NCBI GenBank assembly: GCA_964510585.1
Contig: CAZECW010000156.1
Location: 1 to 24,455, forward strand
Reading direction: 5' to 3'
DNA length: 24,455 nucleotides
From: an uncultured archaeon
Lineage (GTDB): Archaea > Asgardarchaeota > Jordiarchaeia > Jordiarchaeales > Jordiarchaeaceae
Of this stretch, positions 1 to 7,722 are shown in pieces (the stretch's first letter is position 1; each line of letters begins with the position of its first letter). Under the pieces are notes generated by a model. That model had not been told where the DNA came from. It saw only the letters and a program-made list of their open reading frames with translations, and searched no databases. Made by a program: the position numbers and the translations under genes.

Positions 1-63
1 ACACTTGAGGCCGCCCAGTGGGAAGTAGAATTAAAGGTCGCGGTGTACAACCAGCTCTGCTAA
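1..63 (+). CDS. 3' end of an unidentified CDS running in from the window edge (TLEAAQWEVELKVAVYNQLC*)
   Basis: Frame +1 is open from base 1 to TAA at 61-63; frames +2 and +3 hit stops within the first 30 nt. The family is not recognised. Confidence 0.4.
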   Translation, partial: TLEAAQWEVELKVAVYNQLC

Positions 64-95
64 ACCGCCACCGGAAAACCCGTGGCGGGGCAGAG
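55..95. other. GC-rich hairpin overlapping the upstream stop codon
   Basis: CTCTGCT(55-61)/GGCAGAG(89-95) helix with one T-G pair, AAA bulge, CCGCCAC(65-71)/GTGGCGG(82-88) helix, AAAA loop (75-78). No U-tract follows it. Confidence 0.55.
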
Positions 96-211
96 GAAAA
101 ACTGCACTAAAAGGAAAAAGAGATAATTATGCAACAGGGCAAACCAATCAGAACATTTTAAAAAACTAGTAATATTAAAAAGGGGCTCAAGTCTAAAGTC
201 AGTAGGTTTCT

Positions 212-1039
212 ATGGTAGTAAAATTACTGGTGATAGGCTTGACAAATCATAATAATCAAATCTTCAAGCTCTCTGAGATAAATAGAACAAAGAAACCAAG
301 AATTGAGGGAATAACAGCCATTATTGATACTGGTCAAGGCCTCCCTACAACAAAAGATGTAATTGAAGGTGCCGCGAATTATATTGATTATTGTAAGTTT
401 GGATGGGCGACTTGGCTCATACAGCCCAAAGATCTACTGAAAAAGAAGCTAAAACTCTATCATTCCCACGGAATAAAAACGCTCAGTGGAGGTTCCGCCC
501 TAGAAGCCGCTATAATTATAGGAAAAACTGAAGCGTTTCTAGAAACACTCAAAACTCTAGGATTTACCGCCATCGAAATTTCCACAGGTGTTGTTAACAT
601 ATCCCCTCAGGAAAAATCGGAACTAATAAAAAAGGCTAAACAATTAGGGTTTCAAACCGTAATAACTGAAGTGGGCAGAAAAATCAAAACTGAGGACGCT
701 CAGCTCAAAATTTCTGACCGCATAAAACAGATTCAAAATGATTTAGACTCCGGGGCGGATTATGTAACCATCGAAGCTCGGGAAAGCGGAATTGGAATAG
801 GCCCCTACGACGAGGAAGGAAAAGTAAAAGAACCATTTATAGAAGAGATCGTCGCCAAAATACCATCCAAAAAAATTATCTGGGAAGCCCCACTCAAATC
901 CCAACAGTTATGGCTCATTACACGGTTTGGGCCTAATGTAAACCTCGGGAACATAAGACCCACCGATGTTATTCCCCTCGAAACACTTCGCATAGGACTA
1001 AGGGGAGATACTATGACTAAGTTCCTAGCTAAAAAGTGA
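212..1039 (+). CDS. comA: Phosphosulfolactate synthase (ComA family, TIM barrel)
   Basis: Family motifs KFGWAT, GGSALE, IEISTG, EVGRK, EARESG, IWEAPLKSQQ, NVNLGNI. The likely true start is TTG at 239, after GGTGA. Confidence 0.93.
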   Translation: MVVKLLVIGLTNHNNQIFKLSEINRTKKPRIEGITAIIDTGQGLPTTKDVIEGAANYIDYCKFGWATWLIQPKDLLKKKLKLYHSHGIKTLSGGSALEAAIIIGKTEAFLETLKTLGFTAIEISTGVVNISPQEKSELIKKAKQLGFQTVITEVGRKIKTEDAQLKISDRIKQIQNDLDSGADYVTIEARESGIGIGPYDEEGKVKEPFIEEIVAKIPSKKIIWEAPLKSQQLWLITRFGPNVNLGNIRPTDVIPLETLRIGLRGDTMTKFLAKK

Positions 1040-1767
1040 AAAAAATGCCTCTAACTCTAAAAAAAGAATCAACGGAAAATCAAGACGGGGAAGACTTTGA
1101 GGTTCACCTCGCATTCGGGACGCGAGGGGCCTTAAGAGCAGCACAAAAAAAACACATTATAGTTCTGGTTGACACCTTAAGAGCCAGCACAACAATTACT
1201 ACTGCATTAGACAATGGGGCTAAAAAAATTATAACAGCCGCAACAGTAGAAGAGGCAAAAAAACTAGCGCAAGAAATCCGAGACAAAGTCGTCCTGGCGG
1301 GGGAAAGACAAGGTTTCAAAATTCAAAATTTTCAACTAGGAAACAGTCCACTCGAATACACACCGGAAATAGTAAAAGGAAAAATCATAATACTTACCAC
1401 CACTAACCTTACAAGAGTAGCGAACAACGCTAGAATCGCCCCACACCTTTTTATAGGTTGTTTAATTAATGCCAAATCGGTAGCCCAAAAAGCTAAAAAA
1501 ATGGCTCTAAAGACAAGAAAACCAATCACAATAATACATGTGGGAAGACTTGACGAATACGCGCCAGAGGATTACATTGCTGCCCAAATAATAAAAAAAT
1601 ACATTCAAAACAGCCCTATTCCAAAAAACATAACCCAAAGAATATACAACACGCCTAACGCCCAATACTTAACACAAATAGGATTCCAAAAAGACGTACA
1701 ATATTGCAGCCAACTAAATATCACAACTACCGTACCCACCTACAAGAATCAAGCCTTCCAGAAATAA
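1036..1767 (+). CDS. comB: 2-phosphosulfolactate phosphatase (ComB family)
   Basis: Motifs VDTLRASTTI, LAGER, GNSPLE and TTTNLT (usually TTNGT). Overlaps the comA stop by 4 nt, indicating an operon. Confidence 0.9.
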   Translation: MKKMPLTLKKESTENQDGEDFEVHLAFGTRGALRAAQKKHIIVLVDTLRASTTITTALDNGAKKIITAATVEEAKKLAQEIRDKVVLAGERQGFKIQNFQLGNSPLEYTPEIVKGKIIILTTTNLTRVANNARIAPHLFIGCLINAKSVAQKAKKMALKTRKPITIIHVGRLDEYAPEDYIAAQIIKKYIQNSPIPKNITQRIYNTPNAQYLTQIGFQKDVQYCSQLNITTTVPTYKNQAFQK

Positions 1768-1939
1768 TTAATATTTCATAATTTAAAAAATTACAGAAAC
1801 TCTTTTTACGACTATCAAAGACTCAAGTAGACTCTTTTTAGGTAAGCACCTATAAACTTACATTTCTCAGGCAGAGAATGAAAATATGTTTTTAATAGCG
1901 TATATAGGAGCTACTAGAGATACTATTTGAAGCCTATTT

Positions 1940-2641
1940 TTACTCACGGATCCAAACGACTTTGCGAGCTTCGTCCTTTTTACCCTTAAGATAGAAGAGA
2001 CGCAGACCGTACTCCCAAGCCAATTGCTGCAGAGCTACAGCACTAATACGAGTACCATCAGTTACATCTAGAATGACTTCTTTTCTGCCTATTTCTCTTT
2101 CCACAATACTCTTGGCTACTTCGTAAATCCTCTTAAAATCATGCATCGCATACTCAGGAATCCAAATAATCTCTGCATTGTCCGGCTTACCACCAATTCT
2201 AGTACGCATCTCGCTCTCCGCAATAAAAACATAACTATCAGGGTCGATTCCTGTCTGCTCCCTTAAGCGCCGCCCCACTTCCCTCACCAGTAGAGGCTCA
2301 CTGTCTAAACTGCACAAACACAAGATAGGCGCTCTAACATTCAGATACCTACGAACCGCCTGTACCATAGTGGGAACAATCTCTGCATACTTACTCTTCC
2401 ATTCACGATACCGATTAATAAGTCCACTATTTTCTAACGCCTGCAAATTAAAATACAGTTTAGCGTCACTAATATCGTCTACATTAACCCCCAACTCCTT
2501 AGCCAAAGCATCCCTAAGCTCATACCCTGTTTTGGGACCCTCTAACAACTCCTTTAAAATAATCCGACGCGCCTCAACGCCTCCAATAGCCCGTTCAACA
2601 ATCATCAAGGGATCACTCAAATCCAACACACCCAACAACAA
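1940..2641 (-). CDS. Transcription regulator with N-terminal winged HTH (PadR/ArsR-like) and C-terminal CARF-like Rossmann domain
   Basis: N-terminus RRIILKELLEGPKTGYEL...KLYFNLQALENSGLI fits a wHTH. C-terminus has CLCSLDSEP and VILDVTDGTRISAVALQQLAWEYGLRLFYL, resembling the CARF DxTxGx[KR] strand-helix-strand. Confidence 0.7.
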   Translation of the reverse strand: MLLGVLDLSDPLMIVERAIGGVEARRIILKELLEGPKTGYELRDALAKELGVNVDDISDAKLYFNLQALENSGLINRYREWKSKYAEIVPTMVQAVRRYLNVRAPILCLCSLDSEPLLVREVGRRLREQTGIDPDSYVFIAESEMRTRIGGKPDNAEIIWIPEYAMHDFKRIYEVAKSIVEREIGRKEVILDVTDGTRISAVALQQLAWEYGLRLFYLKGKKDEARKVVWIRE

Positions 2642-3183
2642 TTAAATACTGAACACCGAAGATTATTAATCTAAATAAATATTAAAACCAACCCACCAAA
2701 CTGGAAGTGGCGCCTTTTTCCCTAGACGGCAGAATGGCGCAGGACATCCACCAGGGCACGAAACTCATAATCAATACCAAATTAAAGTTCCCAACACGGA
2801 ATAATAAATCTAACCCCAAAAAAGCCCCCGATAATACCAAAAGTCAGTTTTTCACCTTCAAAAAAATAATCACTGCATCCCTCATATTCATTATAAAAAT
2901 TTAAGCGAAAACTATGCTTAGAACGATCCTGCACTACCACTCAGACACCATTCGTATAACCTTAACAAAAGAGGGAACATCAACTCTATGGATGATATCG
3001 ATGATAAAGATTAGGTAAAAAAAACATTTAAAAGAACCAAAATCAATAATATAATCAAACAAAAACTTAATTTTAAAAAGCAAGATAAAACACATCCAAC
3101 AACAATAAAACCAACCACAAAAAAATAAAATAAAAATCACTAAAAATAAAGAAATCATAAAAAAATAAAGAAGAGGAAAAAAT

Positions 3184-4338
3184 ATGGCGATAGGACCACC
3201 CGAAGAAGAACTCGTAGCCGCAAAACCTCTAGTCCTAGACAACGGCACAGGACTAACCAAAAACGGATACGCAGGAGAAGACCAACCAAGATCCGTATGG
3301 CCCACATGCATAGGCTACCCAAAATACGCCTCAATCATGACCGACGTAGAACACTACACCCGAGAATACTACATCGGAGAAGAAGCCCTAAACCTGCGAG
3401 GCGTACTAAGACTAGTCTACCCCGTCGAGCATGGTACGGTTAATGATTGGGATGCTATGGAGAAGATTTGGCACTATACCTTCTTTAATGATTTGAGGGT
3501 TGACCCTGCTGAGCACCCCGTACTACTGACGGAGGCGCCTTTGAATCCGCGTAAGAATCGCGAGAAGATGGCGGAAATCATGTTCGAGACCTTCAATGTA
3601 CCTGCAATGTATGTTGCCATGCAGGCGGTGCTTTCGCTGTATGCTTCTGGGCGAACCACCGGACTGGTGATTGACTCTGGTGACGGTGTGACTCACATTG
3701 TACCCATATATGAAGGTTTTGCACTTACTCATGCTATCACTAGGATAGATCTTGCGGGGAGAGACCTTACAGAGTATCTCCGCCGACTGCTGAGGCAAAG
3801 AGGTTATTCTCTGGTGTCGAGCGCAGAGCGAGAAATTGTGCGGGATATAAAGGAGAAGCTTTGCTACGTCGCCCTAGACCCTGAGAAGGAGTTGAAGCTG
3901 GCCGAGAAAGTTGCGGGTATGGAAAAGACGTACATGTTGCCAGATGGTGAAACCATCACCATCTCCAGTGAACGCTTTTTGGCGCCTGAAGTGTTCTTTA
4001 ACCCAGGCGTGGTAGGTCTGGATGCGATGCCTCTTGATGAGGTAATAGTGGAGTGCGTCAAGAAGTGTGATGTTGACTTGAGGCGTGACTTGTACGGGAA
4101 CATTGTTCTCAGCGGTGGCAGCACCATGTTTCCAGGCCTTAAGGAACGCCTACACAAAGAGATTAGTGAACTAGTGCCAGAAAACATTGAAATCAAAATA
4201 ATTGCGCCGCCGGAACGGATGTACTCCGTGTGGATCGGCGGGAGTATATTATCTTCTTTGAAGACTTTCCAGAAGATGTGGGTCACTCGGAAGGAGTACC
4301 AGGAGCAGGGCGCTGCTGCTATTCACAGGTGCTTCTAA
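3184..4338 (+). CDS. Actin, Asgard/eukaryote-like (Lokiactin-type)
   Basis: DNGTG and DSGDGVTH phosphate loops. Segments almost identical to eukaryotic actin: [75 protein letters not shown]-terminus HRCF. Confidence 0.97.
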   Translation: MAIGPPEEELVAAKPLVLDNGTGLTKNGYAGEDQPRSVWPTCIGYPKYASIMTDVEHYTREYYIGEEALNLRGVLRLVYPVEHGTVNDWDAMEKIWHYTFFNDLRVDPAEHPVLLTEAPLNPRKNREKMAEIMFETFNVPAMYVAMQAVLSLYASGRTTGLVIDSGDGVTHIVPIYEGFALTHAITRIDLAGRDLTEYLRRLLRQRGYSLVSSAEREIVRDIKEKLCYVALDPEKELKLAEKVAGMEKTYMLPDGETITISSERFLAPEVFFNPGVVGLDAMPLDEVIVECVKKCDVDLRRDLYGNIVLSGGSTMFPGLKERLHKEISELVPENIEIKIIAPPERMYSVWIGGSILSSLKTFQKMWVTRKEYQEQGAAAIHRCF

Positions 4339-4339
4339 A

Positions 4340-4660
4340 CTAGGACTGATATATCCCTTCTCTTTTTCTTTTTTCTTTTATTTGTATTTTGGAGCGGTTT
4401 CGTAATTTGTTTGTGGCTTATCCATGCTTGTTTTTCATATTTTATAGGGGTACTGTTTAGAAATTGTTACTGTTTTTTTGCTCATGATTTTTTGGGTTTT
4501 GTTTTCTGGGGTTGGTTTGGTGGTTTTTGGCATTTTTGTGGGGTTTGGGTGTCTAAATTTTTGGTGTTTCCTGTTTTGTGATGTTAGTTAGGTTTGATTT
4601 GGTGTTTTGAATTTTTGGATTTGTGTTTGTTAGGGAGTAGGGGTATTTTCTTTGTATTTA
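4340..4660. repeat. Low-complexity G/T-rich intergenic tract
   Basis: Hand count: 53 of 60 bases in 4501-4560 are G or T. Contains many T(n)G(2-4) units and no credible ORF. Confidence 0.8.
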
Positions 4661-4879
4661 TGTGATAATACTAAAGTTTATATATTAATTGGGATAATAA
4701 GAGTTCGCTTTGTTTGAAGGAAAGGGAAGTTTGTTCTTTAATAGGATTTGCGTGGCGTGTTGGTAAGTTGTTATTTTTCTCTCCTCCCAACTTGTCTTTG
4801 GTCCTTCCCTCCTCCCAATTCTTCCCTTTCCTTTCTACTTTTGTATTTTGGATTTTGTAGGGTTAGTGTTTTAGCGGGT

Positions 4880-6091
4880 TTATTGTTTGGGTTGGGAGTG
4901 TTCTTTTTTGGTTAGGAGGTTCATGAATTGTTCTCCTATTAGGTAGCCTAGGGCGCCTTTTTTGGCTGAGTTTTCGTCGAACGTTTGTGTTTTGTCGCCT
5001 TTTTCGTTATTACAGTATATTGCTATGGGAACAGGGTCGTTGGTGTGCGTTTTTATTTTTATGGGGGTTGGGTGATCTGGTAGAATTGCGATTTTGTAGT
5101 TATCGGCTAGGTCAGTGATATTGTTCAGGACTTTTCCTACTATTTTTTGGTCTATGTTTTCTATGGCTTTTATTTTGTTTTCTATGTCTCCGGCGTGTCC
5201 TGCTTCGTCTGGGGCTTCCACGTGGATGTAGATGAAATCATGGTTTTTTAAATGTTTTAAGGCGTATTCGGCTTTTCCAGTATAGTTTGTGTTGTAGTAT
5301 CCTGTTGCTCCTGGAACCTCTATGGTTTTGAGGCCTATTAGTTTGCCTATTCCTTTTATTAAGTCTACTGCGGATATTATGGCGCCTTTAACTCTGAATT
5401 TTTCTTTAAAGCTTTCTAGATGGGGTTTTTTGCCTTGCCCCCATGGCCATATGGAGTTTGCGGGTTTTTTTCCTTCTTGGATTCTTTTTATGTTGATTGG
5501 ATGGTTTTTTAGGATTTCTTGGGATTTTTTGATGAGTTCTAGTAGAATTTCGCTTCCTTCTCCTCTCGGAAGGTGGGGGGTAATGGTTTTGCCTGTTATG
5601 TCGTGGGGGGGTGTGCATTCTGCCCTTTCAGTTTCTTCATTCTTTATCAGTAGGATGTGTCTGTAGCTTACCCCGTTATAAAACTTTATAGAGTTGCTGC
5701 CCAGCTTTTTGTTTAATGTTTTGATGATTTCCTTTGCTTCGTTGCTGTTTATATGTCCTGCACTGTAATCTTCCATTTTTCCGCTCTCTAGTGTTACTAG
5801 GTTGCATCTAAAAGCTGTTTCTTCTCTCTTTAGTTTTATTCCTAGTGAAACCGCTTCTATAGGGCCTCTTCCTGTATAGTATTTTAGTGGGTCGTAGCCT
5901 AAGATGGACAGGTTTGCTATGTCGGATCCTGGCTGCATTTTTTCTGGGATGGTTCTAAGTATTCCGCTTTTTCCCATCATAGCGATATAATCCATGTTTG
6001 GTTTATGGGCTACTTGTAATGGGGTTTTCCCGTTCAGTTCCTCAAGGGGGTAGTCTGCCATTCCGTCTCCAATAATCACAATGTATTTCAC
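4880..6091 (-). CDS. apgM: Cofactor-independent phosphoglycerate mutase, archaeal ApgM type (alkaline phosphatase superfamily)
   Basis: IIGDGMADYP, TPLQVAHKPNMD, GSDIANLSILGYDP, GRGPIEA, HVEAPDEAGH, LPDHPTP, HTNDPVP. GTG start preceded by GGTGA. Confidence 0.92.
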   Translation of the reverse strand: MKYIVIIGDGMADYPLEELNGKTPLQVAHKPNMDYIAMMGKSGILRTIPEKMQPGSDIANLSILGYDPLKYYTGRGPIEAVSLGIKLKREETAFRCNLVTLESGKMEDYSAGHINSNEAKEIIKTLNKKLGSNSIKFYNGVSYRHILLIKNEETERAECTPPHDITGKTITPHLPRGEGSEILLELIKKSQEILKNHPINIKRIQEGKKPANSIWPWGQGKKPHLESFKEKFRVKGAIISAVDLIKGIGKLIGLKTIEVPGATGYYNTNYTGKAEYALKHLKNHDFIYIHVEAPDEAGHAGDIENKIKAIENIDQKIVGKVLNNITDLADNYKIAILPDHPTPIKIKTHTNDPVPIAIYCNNEKGDKTQTFDENSAKKGALGYLIGEQFMNLLTKKEHSQPKQ

Positions 6092-6457
6092 AGATGGTCA
6101 CCGATGCTCTAAAATTGACTCTTATAATTTTAAAAATGTGGGGGGTTTCATATCTTCTATGTATCTTTGTAAACTTAGTCAGTAGCTTTATTTAAAATTG
6201 ATTCAGGATCATGAAAAGCAGGTTAACTCGGGGTTTATTTGAGGTTTTTAGTCGCTCATAACTCGAGAATTTTTTAGTTAGGTTGGTTTCAGTTCCCAGC
6301 ATTACCAAAAATTGTAAGTTACTATCCTCCAAGGCGAATGAGGAAGAACAGGGGAAAATAGCTAAGAAAACAAGTTTAACACTTCGCTCGGGTAAAAATT
6401 AAATTCACACTGTGACAAGATATTTTAGTTTTCATTAATTTCTTTTCTGGAGGGATT

Positions 6458-6961
6458 TTGTTGCCTTCTCAAGTTGGTGTCATTGGAAGTGATGGTAACA
6501 TAAGCGAAAGGGTAAAGATTCTGGCCCAGAAGATAGGGCGACTGATTGCTAATCGAGGAATGATTCTTGTCTGTGGGGGTCACTCGGGTGTGATGGAAGC
6601 TGCAGCTAAAGGTGCAAAACAGGAAAAAGGTATTACTGTTGGAATTATACCTGAAGGGGATAGAAGGTGGGCTAATCCGTTTTGCGATATTGTAATTGCT
6701 ACGGGTATTGGTAGAGCTAGGAACCTAGTGATTGTAAATTCAAGTGATGTTTTGGTTGCAATATCGGGAGGACCCGGTACACTGTCTGAGATAGCTTTAG
6801 CTCTTGCGGAGAAAAAGCCGGTCATTGTGTTGAAGGGATCAGGAGGGGTATCTGATTTGCTCGCAGGCAAAATGATTGGAGATTCTAAAGTTTTGGAGGC
6901 TGAGTCTCCCGAAGAAGCGATAAATCTAGTTTTAAAAATTACCAAAAAGTTGGTTACTTGA
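6458..6961 (+). CDS. LOG-superfamily nucleotide-binding protein (TIGR00725-like)
   Basis: VCGGHSGVMEAAAKGA, ATGIGRARNLVIVNSSD, GGPGTLSEIALA. Confidence 0.88.
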   Translation: MLPSQVGVIGSDGNISERVKILAQKIGRLIANRGMILVCGGHSGVMEAAAKGAKQEKGITVGIIPEGDRRWANPFCDIVIATGIGRARNLVIVNSSDVLVAISGGPGTLSEIALALAEKKPVIVLKGSGGVSDLLAGKMIGDSKVLEAESPEEAINLVLKITKKLVT

Positions 6962-6966
6962 TACTA

Positions 6967-7674
6967 CTAGAATACTCTTTGGGTGAATATACTTGTGGCT
7001 AATATTCCTAGGGTAAAGGACAGCCAGAAAAGTAGTACTGATGCAATAGCATATATAAATGGGTGTTTTGTTTCTGCAACTTTTGCGGCGGAATATGATG
7101 TTATTACGCTTATTGTACACAGGGTGACTAGTGTGGGCCAATAAATTCCAAGTTGAAATCCAATTATGCGTATCGTTAAGAATTGATATTGAAAAATGTT
7201 TGAGGATATGGAAAATAGCGGTGCGAGGGAACTAATTAGCCCCATTATGGCTGAGGCGGTAGCTGAAAGTATCTTTATTTTAAATAATTGTGCTTTGAGT
7301 TGATTCTTACGCTCCTCTACCAGTTGTTGGTCTTCTCTTATTTCCCATATGGTTCTTTCGAGCATTTTACCTGTTTCTCGAGAATTTTTAGTTAAAGCCT
7401 TCTTGACTAACCATAATATTCTTCTAATTTGAGCATTGCCAAATAATTTATCAAAGTGGTCCCAAACCTCTTCTAGCGAAGAACTCCCTAGGATAACTTC
7501 GTTAGCTATAGATGTTAGCTGCTCTTTTAATGGCCCCGAATAGCTCTTAGCCGCTATATTCAAAGAGATTTCTGGGCTTTTCCCCCTTTTTAATTCTTCA
7601 CTAAAGTAAGTTAGAAAGCTCAAAATCTCTTGGAAAATTTCTTCGTTTTCAAGCTCCATCTCATACTCCTCCAT
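6967..7674 (-). CDS. Type II secretion system F domain membrane protein (TadC-like)
   Basis: Segment ELKRGKSPEISL...GPLKEQLTSIANEVILGSSSLEE fits the T2SSF helical pattern. About three C-terminal hydrophobic helices. Co-oriented with the secretion ATPase. Confidence 0.75.
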   Translation of the reverse strand: MEEYEMELENEEIFQEILSFLTYFSEELKRGKSPEISLNIAAKSYSGPLKEQLTSIANEVILGSSSLEEVWDHFDKLFGNAQIRRILWLVKKALTKNSRETGKMLERTIWEIREDQQLVEERKNQLKAQLFKIKILSATASAIMGLISSLAPLFSISSNIFQYQFLTIRIIGFQLGIYWPTLVTLCTISVITSYSAAKVAETKHPFIYAIASVLLFWLSFTLGILATSIFTQRVF

Positions 7675-7722
7675 TTATTAGATAGAATCTTATATCTACA
7701 CTAATTTTTGGTTACATTCCAC

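Noticed and set aside
1798-1838. Direct repeat ACTCTTTTTA twice after comB
   Set aside because: Short and T-rich; at most tandem terminator U-tracts.
2934-3311. 125-aa hydrophobic minus-strand ORF
   Set aside because: Antisense to the actin start; its F/I/L richness is an artefact of the A-rich low-complexity tract.
3380-3470. ORB or other origin motif at the skew switch
   Set aside because: No ORB-like G-string repeat or AT-rich DUE; only 4-bp inverted matches expected by chance.
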